A stretch of DNA of 64,000 bases, taken from NCBI GenBank assembly GCA_963722305.1, contig CAVRKE010000002.1, forward strand, positions 379,878-443,877. Direction: 5' to 3'. A program made the position numbers and the translations under genes. Shown in pieces: positions 47,569 to 56,873 of this stretch (within the stretch, counting starts at the first letter, position 1; each line of letters starts with the position of its first letter). The notes below the pieces were generated by a model that saw only the letters and a list, made by a program, of their open reading frames with translations, did no database searches and was not told where the DNA came from. The DNA is from Candidatus Levyibacteriota bacterium. GTDB lineage: Bacteria > Patescibacteriota > Microgenomatia > Levybacterales > UBA12049.

Positions 47569-49209
47569 ATGTCAGTTCTAATCTTAATTGTGGCTGTTAT
47601 TTTTTCCATTATCACCCTTTTTGCTAATTTTCCTACTGCCACTACGCTTAATCCTTTTAACGGTTATTTTATTTTCGGCCTAAATTTTATAAGAGAACAT
47701 TTTATTTTTTTCTTTCTGGGATTTGCTTTACTAGCTTTTGTCATGACCAGAATTTTAAAATTTGAAAAAAATCATCCTAAACACAAAAAATTATTTACAT
47801 ATTTTACTCAAAGTTTGGCGGTACTAATTATCGGAATTTTTGTTTCTTATCTGATTTTAATTGTGGTCGCGCTTTTAGAACTTAACCTATTGTCTTTAAC
47901 GGTAAACATCAACCCCCATTTTTTAGGGATTATTAATGACCGAAATAAAATTGTCAATGCCCTAAAAGCTAACAATCAACCACCGCTAATTATTGCTACC
48001 GATAATAATCAATATAAGGAGCTACAAGCAATTGCTTTAGCCACTACTGGCAAAACCAACTTTTACGGTGCCTCTATTCTTCCTTCTATTCCCTCTTTTT
48101 TTGTCTTACCAATTAAAAATTTGGGGTCTAGTATTTTGTTAGATCGAACCTTAATCATCTCCCAAATCAATCCCCAAGACTTACAGACTGTTAGTCCGGT
48201 TATTGGTTATTTATTTATCAAAAGTTATTTCCCCAACCGTTATATCAAATTTCCGCCAAAAATTTATATGATGGATGAAAACGAATATCAGAAATACCGC
48301 GACATCGATTTCAATAAAAAAATTGCCGACGTGACACTGGCGCTTAACCAAACCAATCAGGATATTGCTACCTCTTCCGCAGCAATCCAAGAAGATAAAA
48401 ACAATATTGCCTCTAATCAGAATTTTATTAAATCTACTTATGCCACCAGAGATAAACAGTACAACCAGTGCATGGCGGTTGGTCATTACCAAGGAAATAC
48501 TTTCTATCACACTAATTCCAAAGACTATTGTCTAAGCTTAGTGCAGTCACTTGACAACGCCACCCAAAACACTAGTGATGCCTTGGACTTTTGGAATAGC
48601 AAATTGGTGAGTGATCAAAACCAACTGGCAACTTCCAGGCTTTATGCTAATTTTTATAATCTCCAAGTACAATTAGGCGGTCTTCTTAAACAAAATATTC
48701 CGCATGAACTTGGGTCATTTTTCCCTCCCGACACCATCAAAATATTAATTAACGCCCAAAGCCCGCACGCTCTTGCCGACTATTTTGAAACGGTTGTCCA
48801 TGAGTATTTGCACTATGCCAGTAATATCGACGGGAAAAGTTTTACCGCCTCATTTTTCGAAGAGGGTTTAACCGAATATTTCGCCAGAAGAGCAATTCAG
48901 GATAATCTTGATGTTAGTACTAACTTAGGTTATCCGGTTTATGTTAAAATCATCGCTCAGATGACCAAGATCATTCCGGAGAGTGAGCTGGCAGATATTT
49001 ATTTTAGCAAAGACGAAATGGGCCTGCGGACGGCTTTAGACCAGGTTTATGGCGATAATTTTTATGAAGCTAATTTAATTAATTTTGAAACATTACAATA
49101 TACATCGGATCCAAAACAAATCTTAAAACTGGCCAATAACATTATGGCCAAAATTAACGGTACTCCTTTAAAAGAATCGGATATCATTAGCACTACCAGT
49201 AATTTGTAA
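47569..49209 (+). CDS. Hypothetical membrane-anchored protein with a HExxH (zincin-like) motif
   Basis: 546 aa. Three or four N-terminal hydrophobic helices. VVHEYLHY at about 48795-48818, followed by EEGLTEYF. No family recognised. Confidence 0.5.
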   Translation: MSVLILIVAVIFSIITLFANFPTATTLNPFNGYFIFGLNFIREHFIFFFLGFALLAFVMTRILKFEKNHPKHKKLFTYFTQSLAVLIIGIFVSYLILIVVALLELNLLSLTVNINPHFLGIINDRNKIVNALKANNQPPLIIATDNNQYKELQAIALATTGKTNFYGASILPSIPSFFVLPIKNLGSSILLDRTLIISQINPQDLQTVSPVIGYLFIKSYFPNRYIKFPPKIYMMDENEYQKYRDIDFNKKIADVTLALNQTNQDIATSSAAIQEDKNNIASNQNFIKSTYATRDKQYNQCMAVGHYQGNTFYHTNSKDYCLSLVQSLDNATQNTSDALDFWNSKLVSDQNQLATSRLYANFYNLQVQLGGLLKQNIPHELGSFFPPDTIKILINAQSPHALADYFETVVHEYLHYASNIDGKSFTASFFEEGLTEYFARRAIQDNLDVSTNLGYPVYVKIIAQMTKIIPESELADIYFSKDEMGLRTALDQVYGDNFYEANLINFETLQYTSDPKQILKLANNIMAKINGTPLKESDIISTTSNL

Positions 49210-49224
49210 GTCCCCTGTTTTGTT

Positions 49225-51537
49225 TTACGGAGTCGTAGTTGGGGTTATCTCCGATGTACCGGTTGGGGTTGGTGACAAGCTTGGAATCTTAGCGTTAGGA
49301 TTACTTTTAACCGGAGCGGGCACTGTTACTTTTGGAGGATTATTCAGGCTTGGAACGTTGACTCCCGAAACACTTCCACCCTGCAAGGCACTCGTTGTTT
49401 GAGTAGTCGGAGTTGTTTGTGCTTGCGCTGCCTGAGCTGTAGCTGTTGCTTTTAGTTGAGCTAAATACTTACTGGCTGCTTGATAATCCGCGCTACTGGG
49501 ATTTTTTTGCAATAAGGTTACTAATTGTTGGGCTACGGTGGTGGCGTTTGTTAAATCCCCGCCGTCTCTGTAGGCAATGGACAAGTTGTAATAGGCATTA
49601 GCATAATCCGGTTTTAAATTGGTGGCATCAGAGAAAAATCTCTCCGCCAAATCATATCTTTTAATCGAATAATATATTCCGCCAACCGTTAGTCTTAAGG
49701 AAGGATTAAGCGGATCCAACTGGATGGCATTACCATAAGCATTTAAAGAGAACGCCAAAGCATTTTGCGCCACCCCGGTAATATTCCTATAAACAGAGCC
49801 TAGGACTTCCCAGTTGCGCGCAGACCTTGGACTTAAGGTTACCGCCACTCTTCCCTCATTAATTGATTGGGCCAGTAAAGTTTGAATTGTGGCTTTATCC
49901 TGGGTTGTTAATGATCCTGCCGGATTTGTTTTGCTTGGGCCCTTTTGCACAGCCAAAGCGTTGGCTAAGGCAAAGTTTGTCTGTGCCATATCCACCCGAT
50001 ACAAATCCACTTCCGGATTAATAGACTCCGCTTTCTGTAAGTATTGATAAGTTAACGTACCATTCTTATTGGCTTGCGAAAGGGCAAGCCTATGGTAGTA
50101 GTCAGCCAGCGTAACATTGTATGTTTTGTATAACACTGGTACGGCTATTATCAAAAAGATGATGAAAACGACAATTGGAAAAAGATCGATTTGTTTATTA
50201 TTATTGGTTAAGGCCTTAATCCCAACAGAAAATTCTAATACTTTTTCCCTGATTGATCTTTGGGACATCATCAGAGCAGCAAATACAAACAAGGTAACCA
50301 CAAACGAAACTATGGTAGTGGCGTGAATAAACAGTAAGCCGATTGCCGTTAAACCGCTGACTGCCAAAGAACTTAAGATTACATGCGAGTCATCTTGAGA
50401 AGTGTCTACTGATGCTCTTGTCGACATATTCTTCCAGCTATTAACCGCCACCACAACACAGACAAATACTAAAGCAAGCAGCCCTAATATGCCCAGTGTT
50501 CCCAATTCTTGTAGAAATTCATTATTGGCCGAGTCGAACGAGAAATTCCAGAAAGCCAGTTGGTTAAACTCTAACGGTTTATAGGTGGAAAAGTTAAACA
50601 AATAGGTAGACGGACCGGTACCGATAAAAGGTGCATCTCGAAAAACCGACGCACTTATCTTCCATGAAGTCGCAAGGGGCAATTGGATTTCTTTGGGAAA
50701 ATTAGCTTCCAAACTTTGCACCGGATTACCCGGTAAAGGCAGGTAGGCCAGGGCGAATACTAAAGCCGTAGTTGCAACCGGAATCAAAAATAAACCTAAG
50801 GTTTGTCTTACTTTATGCGGTTTAGCGACAAACGCACAAACCCCAAACACCAGTAAAAGCAGCACGTAACTTGGTAATGAACCTGTCAAGACAATTATGG
50901 CGGAAAAAAGAATTGCCAATGGAATCGCCACTGCTACCGGTAAGTATTTATTGACTTTTGTTAAGGAAAAAAGCGGTAAAGGCAAAAGCATTAAGAGAAA
51001 TGCGACTGTCGAAAAAGATGCGCCGGTTGGTGTAAAGTTGACCGCTTTTGCAAAATCAAAAGGCAGAAAAAGTTTAAAGAAAGACATTAAACTTATTACG
51101 GCTATTATTGTTGCGCTCCCATAAAGCACATACAAAAAGCTCTTAACTTTATTTAAAGTTCTCAGCTGGGAAACAATTACAAAATACAATAGTATATATA
51201 TTACCCAGGAAACGGCAGAACCGTGTACGCTTGGAAAGTTTCCGTAAACCGCAGGATATTTAGTTGCACTAAAGACAGTCGAAATTATCACTACCACCAA
51301 TAGTAATAATAACGGCACATCCAAGGGGGTCCTGGTAATACTAATTTTACCTTTTAAAATCCAGGAAAAAATCCAAAGTCCGAGCAAAATTACGGTTGAG
51401 AAAACAAGAAAAATTAATTTTGGCATTTGATAAAATTCGGTCATTTGATTGAAGAATAAGAGAGGCGTTACTCCTGCAACTAGCAGTACTAAAAATGTAA
51501 TTATATTATCCAGGTAAACAGTAACTTTTTGTTTCAT
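49225..51537 (-). CDS. O-antigen ligase family (Wzy_C-like) polytopic membrane protein with C-terminal TPR repeats and a PT-rich tail
   Basis: 770 aa with at least 10 TM helices. Periplasmic-loop motif ASVFRDAPFIGTGPSTY resembles the Wzy_C R...G.G.G signature. TPR-like segments in the C-terminal half (DYANAYYNLSIAYRDGG). Low-complexity T/P/S tail. Confidence 0.55.
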   Translation of the reverse strand: MKQKVTVYLDNIITFLVLLVAGVTPLLFFNQMTEFYQMPKLIFLVFSTVILLGLWIFSWILKGKISITRTPLDVPLLLLLVVVIISTVFSATKYPAVYGNFPSVHGSAVSWVIYILLYFVIVSQLRTLNKVKSFLYVLYGSATIIAVISLMSFFKLFLPFDFAKAVNFTPTGASFSTVAFLLMLLPLPLFSLTKVNKYLPVAVAIPLAILFSAIIVLTGSLPSYVLLLLVFGVCAFVAKPHKVRQTLGLFLIPVATTALVFALAYLPLPGNPVQSLEANFPKEIQLPLATSWKISASVFRDAPFIGTGPSTYLFNFSTYKPLEFNQLAFWNFSFDSANNEFLQELGTLGILGLLALVFVCVVVAVNSWKNMSTRASVDTSQDDSHVILSSLAVSGLTAIGLLFIHATTIVSFVVTLFVFAALMMSQRSIREKVLEFSVGIKALTNNNKQIDLFPIVVFIIFLIIAVPVLYKTYNVTLADYYHRLALSQANKNGTLTYQYLQKAESINPEVDLYRVDMAQTNFALANALAVQKGPSKTNPAGSLTTQDKATIQTLLAQSINEGRVAVTLSPRSARNWEVLGSVYRNITGVAQNALAFSLNAYGNAIQLDPLNPSLRLTVGGIYYSIKRYDLAERFFSDATNLKPDYANAYYNLSIAYRDGGDLTNATTVAQQLVTLLQKNPSSADYQAASKYLAQLKATATAQAAQAQTTPTTQTTSALQGGSVSGVNVPSLNNPPKVTVPAPVKSNPNAKIPSLSPTPTGTSEITPTTTP

Positions 51538-51566
51538 AAAACAGATAATTCCCTACCGGATTTAAA

Positions 51567-51595
51567 GATATAAACATTAAAACAAAATTTCACAA
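51567..51595 (-). promoter_or_regulatory. Possible sigma70-like promoter for the Wzy_C/TPR gene (minus strand): TTGTGA, 17-nt spacer, TATATC. Divergent from the IS1595-fragment promoter.
   Basis: Read from the reverse complement of 51567-51595. ATG lies at 51537. Confidence 0.35.
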
Positions 51596-51627
51596 GACAG
51601 TCAATAAGCAATTTAGGTATTTATCCC

Positions 51628-51656
51628 TTGACAACACGTAATTTGCTTTAATATAC
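51628..51656 (+). promoter_or_regulatory. Canonical sigma70-like promoter (TTGACA, 15-17 nt, TAATAT/TATACT) immediately upstream of the IS1595 transposase fragment
   Basis: ttgacaacacgtaatttgctttaatatact lies 8-36 nt upstream of the ATG at 51664. Confidence 0.5.
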
Positions 51657-51663
51657 TTAATTT

Positions 51664-52128
51664 ATGAGCAATGAATTTTCTCTGGCTCATTTTGCCTCAC
51701 GTTTCCCAAATAATGACACCTGTCTTGAAGAAATTAGGCGATGGCGTTTCCCCGGAGGAATATATTGTAGCAACTGTCGGAAAACAACCAGACATTATAA
51801 ACTAACCGCTAGACCTGTCTATACCTGTAAATTTTGTCGCAGTCAAACTTCACCATTAGCGGATACCATTTTTGAAAAAACGACTACTCCTTTGAGACTT
51901 TGGTTTTATGCACTATTTCTAATGACACATACCAGAGCAAATATTTCTGTAAAAACGCTACAACGTGAGCTTGGTGTTACCTATAAAACCGCTTGGAGAA
52001 TGTATAATAATATTTTATCTTTGATGGAACAGAATAACGGTGATTTATTATCGGATGCACAGGTCCGCAAGTGGGTTTTCTTTAACAAGATCGAATTAAA
52101 AGTTGTCCAGAAAAAACAGGAATTATAA
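51664..52128 (+). pseudogene. IS1595-family (ISXO2-like) transposase, N-terminal zinc-ribbon/HTH fragment only. The DDE domain is missing.
   Basis: 154 aa. CSNCRK...YTCKFCRSQTSPLADTIFEKTTTPLRLWFYALFLMTHTRANISVKTLQRELGVTYKTAWRMYNNI matches the IS1595 N-terminal transposase zinc-ribbon domain. Full-length proteins are over 300 aa. Confidence 0.65.
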
Positions 52129-52426
52129 CTTTAAGGATGGACTGCGCGTTTTAACAGCTCAAAAAAATCATCTCTGGCATTTTTTCTTCCACCGTCTTTT
52201 AAGACTTCCTTAATTCTTGCGTCTTTTATCCTTAAACGTTTTTTTTGCATATGAACCTTTAATTTTTCTTTCCCCGGCTAATTATAAAAGCTGTTTTGTA
52301 AAAATCTCAGCAAAGTTTTTCCGGCAAATGAATTTTGGCAAGAGAATAACTGCCTTACCACCATTAATCTAACTATCAATCTAACTATACTACTTAGCGT
52401 GCGTTTTTTCAGCTATTATCTTTGGG

Positions 52427-52455
52427 TTGACAGATGATAAAAAACTTTTTATACT
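52427..52455 (+). promoter_or_regulatory. Canonical sigma70-like promoter (TTGACA, 17 nt, TATACT) for the aspartate-aminotransferase/PEP-carboxylase pair
   Basis: ttgacagatgataaaaaactttttatact lies with its -10 element 18 nt upstream of the ATG at 52473. Confidence 0.55.
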
Positions 52456-52472
52456 CTCAAGGGTTTTAATAA

Positions 52473-53636
52473 ATGCTTTCAACCAGGATAAAAAGACTAA
52501 TTCCTTCGCCCACTCTTTTGCTTGATGCTAAAGTAAAAGAATTACAAGCCAAACGCATAAAAATAATTAATCTTTCTTTGGGAGAACCCGATTTTGATAC
52601 TCCTTTAAGTGTAAAAAAAGCCGCCATAAAAGCCATCAACGAAAATTTTACCCATTACACCCAGACAAACGGCATTCCCAAACTCCGTTTGGCAATTGCC
52701 AAAAAATTTATTCAGGACAACGGAATTAATTATGCTCCACAAAATATTATTGTTGGAACAGGCAGTAAACAAATCCTATATGAAATTTTTCAGGTCATTT
52801 GTAATAAAAACGATGAAGTAATTATCCCTCTTCCAACATGGAGCACATATGTCGAGCAGGTTAAGCTGGCAGAGGCAAAACCGGTTTTTGTAAAACTTAG
52901 CCCCCCTTTTAAATTAACGGCAAAAGATATTAAGAAACGGTTAACAAACAAGACTAAAGCGATTGTTGTGAATAACCCAGCTAATCCAACTGGTGCTGTC
53001 ATAGACAAAGAGGAAATAAAAAAAATCGTAAAACTGGCAACCGAAAAAAACATTTTAATCATCTCCGATGAAATCTATGAAAAAATCAACTATGCCAAAA
53101 AACCTCTTTCTCCAGCGTCATTCGGAGAAAAGGCAAAGCAGTATACCATTACCGTCAACGGTGTTTCCAAAGCTTACGCCATGACCGGTTGGCGAATTGG
53201 CTATGCCGGCGGCCCCGAAGAAATTATTGCCAAAATGACTCAGTTGCAGGGCCAGATCACTTCAAATGCAAACTCGCTTGCTCAAAAAGCTGCCGTTGCA
53301 GCTTTATCTGGAAATCAATTACCGATAGAAACCATGACTGAAGAATTTTTGAAAAGACGGAATTTTGTCTACGGACAATTAAAAAACCTGCAACAACTTG
53401 AAGTTACTGCGCCGGAAGGGGCTTTTTATTTTTTCGTTTCAATTAAAAAACTTTTGGGGAAAAAATATAAAACCTCCAATGACTGGTGCAAAGCTTTACT
53501 GGAAAAGGAGAAAGTCGCAGTGGTTCCGGGCGAAGCCTTCCTCTACCCCGGCTATTTTCGTTTAAGTTTTGCCGCCTCGCTTGACAACTTAGAAAAAGCA
53601 CTAGAAAGGATAAAAAAATTCATTGAGGAAGCTTAG
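52473..53636 (+). CDS. Class I/II PLP-dependent aminotransferase, aspartate aminotransferase-like
   Basis: 387 aa. LSLGEPDFDTP near the N-terminus. PLP-lysine motif SKAYAMTGWRIGYAGGP, as in Thermus-type AspAT. Confidence 0.85.
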   Translation: MLSTRIKRLIPSPTLLLDAKVKELQAKRIKIINLSLGEPDFDTPLSVKKAAIKAINENFTHYTQTNGIPKLRLAIAKKFIQDNGINYAPQNIIVGTGSKQILYEIFQVICNKNDEVIIPLPTWSTYVEQVKLAEAKPVFVKLSPPFKLTAKDIKKRLTNKTKAIVVNNPANPTGAVIDKEEIKKIVKLATEKNILIISDEIYEKINYAKKPLSPASFGEKAKQYTITVNGVSKAYAMTGWRIGYAGGPEEIIAKMTQLQGQITSNANSLAQKAAVAALSGNQLPIETMTEEFLKRRNFVYGQLKNLQQLEVTAPEGAFYFFVSIKKLLGKKYKTSNDWCKALLEKEKVAVVPGEAFLYPGYFRLSFAASLDNLEKALERIKKFIEEA

Positions 53637-55131
53637 GAAAATTCCGGCAACCATGGTAACGCAACATCCCGATAATGCTTCTAAACCGTATTGGCATAGC
53701 GATAAATTTATCCGCAGCCAGTATGAAGCAGAAGAGGCATTCTTATCTTTTGCTAAACTTGGCGCCACAGAGTACAAATGGGATTGGGAAGGAAAATTGG
53801 TTGACGAATCGGTTTTGGAAAGGCTGTTTGGAGAACATTTTGCTTATTTTAAGCAGTTTCCGTTAGGCCGAGAAACATTTCTGACTTTCCGGCTCCCCAA
53901 CCCAAAAGTCGAGACGGAATTTCGTTTTGGCAGAGCTTTAATCAATCTGGCGTCGGCAGCCTCCATTGCCAGACATTTTCAACTTCCCTCTCCTCCGATT
54001 TTCGAAGTGATTTTACCAATGACCGAAACTGCAGAGGAAATGCTGGCAATTCAGGAAGCCTACCAACAGATTCATCTTTTAAAACACCCGTTGTTTAAAC
54101 TTGACGGTATCTTGACTAATTTAAGACTAATTCCTTTGTTCGAACAAGTCTCCACTATTATTAATTCCGATAAGATTTTAAAAAAGTATTTCTTCCTTTA
54201 CAAAAAAAGGTTCCATAAACTTCCTCCTTACTTTCGGCCATATGTAGCCCGCTCCGATCCGGCACTTAACTCAGGCATTGTCCCGACTATTTTAGCGATT
54301 AAAATCGCGCTCTCAAGATATCAGAGACTCGCAAAAAAAATCGGCATTCCTTTTTATCCAATTATTGGGGCGGCGGCTTTGCCTTTCCGGGGAGGGATTT
54401 CCCCACTGACAGTTGAGGAATTCGCCAACGAATATAAAGGCATCCGGACCACCACCATTCAAAGCGCTTTTCGCTATGATTTTCCTCAGAAACAGGTTAT
54501 CCGCGCCATCAAAAGACTCGAAGAATTATTGCCAAAACAAAAAACGGTAGAGATAACGCCTCTTGATGAAAAAAAGCTTATTAAAATAATTCCTGTTTTT
54601 GAAAAATATTATAGAGAAACTGTTGAAGAACTTGCACCTCTTATTAATAAAATTTCCATGTTTGTTCCGAAAAGAAGAGAACGCGTTCAGCATATCGGTT
54701 TGTTCGGCTACTCAAGAGGAGTAGGAAAAGTAAGGTTACCAAGAGCAATCCCCTTTACCGCTGCGCTTTATTCAATCGGGCTGCCGCCCGAACTGATTGG
54801 CACAGGCAGAGGAATCGCCAAATTAAACAATAAAGAACTGATACTGCTTGAAAAACATTACCTGAACATCAGAAACGACATGTTAAGAGCCGGCAGATTT
54901 TTAAATAAAGAAAACATTGTTCAGATGGCCGAAAAATATCCGTTTGCCAAAAGTATTATTGGAGATATTAATGTCATTGAAAAATATCTTGGCATCGAAT
55001 TAAAACCAAGCACTAAAACTGAAAAAACCCATTATGCTTTGACCAAAAAAATTTACGAAAAACTGCAAAACAATTGCTTGAATACCCACATTATTGAGAA
55101 AGCGGCGGTTCTTCGAAAAAGCTTAGGATAA
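53623..55131 (+). CDS. ppcA: Archaeal-type phosphoenolpyruvate carboxylase (the likely start is the internal ATG at 53653, giving MVTQHPDN)
   Basis: Collinear with Sulfolobus PepcA: TQHPDN, FLTFRLPNPKVE, FEVILPMT, ARSDPALN, YPIIGAAALPFRGG, IQSAFRYD, PKRRERVQHIGLFGYSRGVGKVRLPRAI, LYSIGLPPELIG, C-terminal RKSLG. Overlaps the aminotransferase stop. Confidence 0.9.
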   Translation: MRKLRKIPATMVTQHPDNASKPYWHSDKFIRSQYEAEEAFLSFAKLGATEYKWDWEGKLVDESVLERLFGEHFAYFKQFPLGRETFLTFRLPNPKVETEFRFGRALINLASAASIARHFQLPSPPIFEVILPMTETAEEMLAIQEAYQQIHLLKHPLFKLDGILTNLRLIPLFEQVSTIINSDKILKKYFFLYKKRFHKLPPYFRPYVARSDPALNSGIVPTILAIKIALSRYQRLAKKIGIPFYPIIGAAALPFRGGISPLTVEEFANEYKGIRTTTIQSAFRYDFPQKQVIRAIKRLEELLPKQKTVEITPLDEKKLIKIIPVFEKYYRETVEELAPLINKISMFVPKRRERVQHIGLFGYSRGVGKVRLPRAIPFTAALYSIGLPPELIGTGRGIAKLNNKELILLEKHYLNIRNDMLRAGRFLNKENIVQMAEKYPFAKSIIGDINVIEKYLGIELKPSTKTEKTHYALTKKIYEKLQNNCLNTHIIEKAAVLRKSLG

Positions 55132-55182
55132 AGCTAAGCAACGGTTGCGAATTATTGAATAATTAGTTATTCTTTATTTACG

Positions 55183-55533
55183 ATGATAAAAGTTATTTCT
55201 AAAACCTTTTTGGGTTTGTTCATTGCCGGATTAGGCTTCTATCTGGCAATATTTTACCTAACGGAGATGGACAAAGGCTTAACTCCCTTAATCCTTGCCC
55301 CCTCTGTTTTGCTTATTATACTTGGTGTTTATCTTTTAATGCGGGCCGGAAAATCAGACGAGACTATTGTTAAAAAACCAGACTTACCTAAGAATGCTAC
55401 GGTTAAAGAAGACCTAGCCGATACTTTGTTAAAGAATAGCGAACTTTCTTCCAAATGGGCAAAAACGGTTGAGAAAAGGGACCGACTTAAATTATTGGAA
55501 ATTTCCGCCGCTTCCGAGGAAACAAATGATTAA
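55183..55533 (+). CDS. Small hypothetical membrane protein (2 TM)
   Basis: 116-aa ORF with two hydrophobic helices. No family recognised. Confidence 0.4.
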   Translation: MIKVISKTFLGLFIAGLGFYLAIFYLTEMDKGLTPLILAPSVLLIILGVYLLMRAGKSDETIVKKPDLPKNATVKEDLADTLLKNSELSSKWAKTVEKRDRLKLLEISAASEETND

Positions 55534-55561
55534 ACCACTTCAAAAAGCACTGGCTTAAAAA

Positions 55562-56791
55562 TTAATTTTCTTTTAAAACTGCCTCTGCAAATTTACTGGC
55601 GATATTTTCCCAACTTAAAGTTTGCGCTCTGCTAAAAATATCTTTGCTTAAATTTTGATAATCGTTTTTATCTTCAAGTAAATGCTTTATTTTTTCGGCC
55701 AGTAACAACGGATTATTTGAAGAAGCAATCAAATAATCATTCTCAGCAAATAATTCTGCCGCTCCTGCTGCATCGGTAGTGATTATTGGAATCCCGCACG
55801 CCATTGATTCAAGGGCCACAATTCCAAAAGATTCATAATAGGATGGCATCACCACTACTTCCGAAGCATTATAATAATAAGGCAGATCATTTTGCGTTTG
55901 CCTACCGACAAAATTTACGGTGGTTTGTGCATTTAATGTTTCCCGCAGTCGTTCTAACTCGTTTAATTCCTTTGAGCGATTTTTTTCTTTGTTGCCGTTT
56001 CCCCCGACTATCCATAAACAAACATTAAGCTTGGGATTTCTTTTTTGCAGAATTTTTGTGGCATATAAAAGTGAGTCGATCCCCTTAAGCGGCACTATTC
56101 TTCCAACAAATAAAACAATCTTATGCTTAACGTCGGCTTTTATGAATTGCTTTGCTTTTTGTTTGTCTATTGGTTTAAAAACATTTGTGTCAACACCGGG
56201 GGTTATAACCGCTATTTTCTCTTTTGGGCAATCGTACAATGAGTTTAAATAAGCCGCATCCGTAAAACTGGTTGCAATAATTTTATCGGCATGTTTTGTC
56301 AATAAAAGTTCTGCTCTTATTCTCCTAAAATCCTCTTTTTCATCCGCGTCTCTGGCGACCAAGTTTTTCATTAAAGCCAGCGAATGAAAAGTGATTGTAA
56401 AAGGAATTTTATGTTTTCGTTTGATATCCAAACCGATTAGTCCGGAAAGGTAATAGTGACAATTAATTAAATCGTAGCGTATCCCCTCTCTTTTTATGAA
56501 TGCATAAAAATTCTCCAAGAATTCCGGGATATATTTATGCAGTTTTTTTGTCGGAATATAAACTTCTTCGCCGGCTGACAGGTGAATCACCCGCAAGTTT
56601 TTTGAGACTTGAACAATTTCCGCTTCTTTTTCACTTTGCTTACGGGTATAAATATCCAAAGCGTATCCTTTTTGTGCCAGCTGCTTTGATAACTCAAGCA
56701 CGTAGACATTCATTCCGCCCGCTTCTTTTCCCTCTTCCTCCGCCAAGGGACAGGTATGATAGACAATTACGGCGATTCTTTGTTTTACCAT
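55562..56791 (-). CDS. GT4-family glycosyltransferase (MshA/sucrose-phosphate-synthase-like fold). Likely start is MVKQRIAVIV at 56791 rather than 56818.
   Basis: N-terminal EEEGKEAGGMNVYVLELSKQLAQKGY (Glyco_trans_4-like) and C-terminal ESFGIVALESMACGIPIITTDAAGAAE (Glycos_transf_1). A TATAAT box abuts the ATG. Confidence 0.85.
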   Translation of the reverse strand: MVKQRIAVIVYHTCPLAEEEGKEAGGMNVYVLELSKQLAQKGYALDIYTRKQSEKEAEIVQVSKNLRVIHLSAGEEVYIPTKKLHKYIPEFLENFYAFIKREGIRYDLINCHYYLSGLIGLDIKRKHKIPFTITFHSLALMKNLVARDADEKEDFRRIRAELLLTKHADKIIATSFTDAAYLNSLYDCPKEKIAVITPGVDTNVFKPIDKQKAKQFIKADVKHKIVLFVGRIVPLKGIDSLLYATKILQKRNPKLNVCLWIVGGNGNKEKNRSKELNELERLRETLNAQTTVNFVGRQTQNDLPYYYNASEVVVMPSYYESFGIVALESMACGIPIITTDAAGAAELFAENDYLIASSNNPLLLAEKIKHLLEDKNDYQNLSKDIFSRAQTLSWENIASKFAEAVLKEN

Positions 56792-56873
56792 AAGAGGTAT
56801 TATACAAAATCCCGGCAATATTTAGAAAAAACTTCCTGTTTAGCTAACTTTCAAGGAATGAAGACTGCAAAAG

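Noticed and set aside
50117-51124. Plus-strand ORFs 50117..50326, 50402..50584, 50897..51124
   Set aside because: Antisense to the well-supported 770-aa membrane-protein gene. Short, with no signals.
52131-52250. 39-codon minus-strand ORF (MQKKRLRIKDARIKEVLKDGG...) abutting the IS1595 fragment
   Set aside because: Too short, no RBS or promoter context, and it lies in an AT-rich spacer. Possibly an IS remnant, but it cannot be supported.
52790-53866. ORFs 52790..53062 (-) and 53675..53866 (+)
   Set aside because: Embedded antisense or out-of-frame within the aminotransferase and PEPC genes, which have strong homology support.
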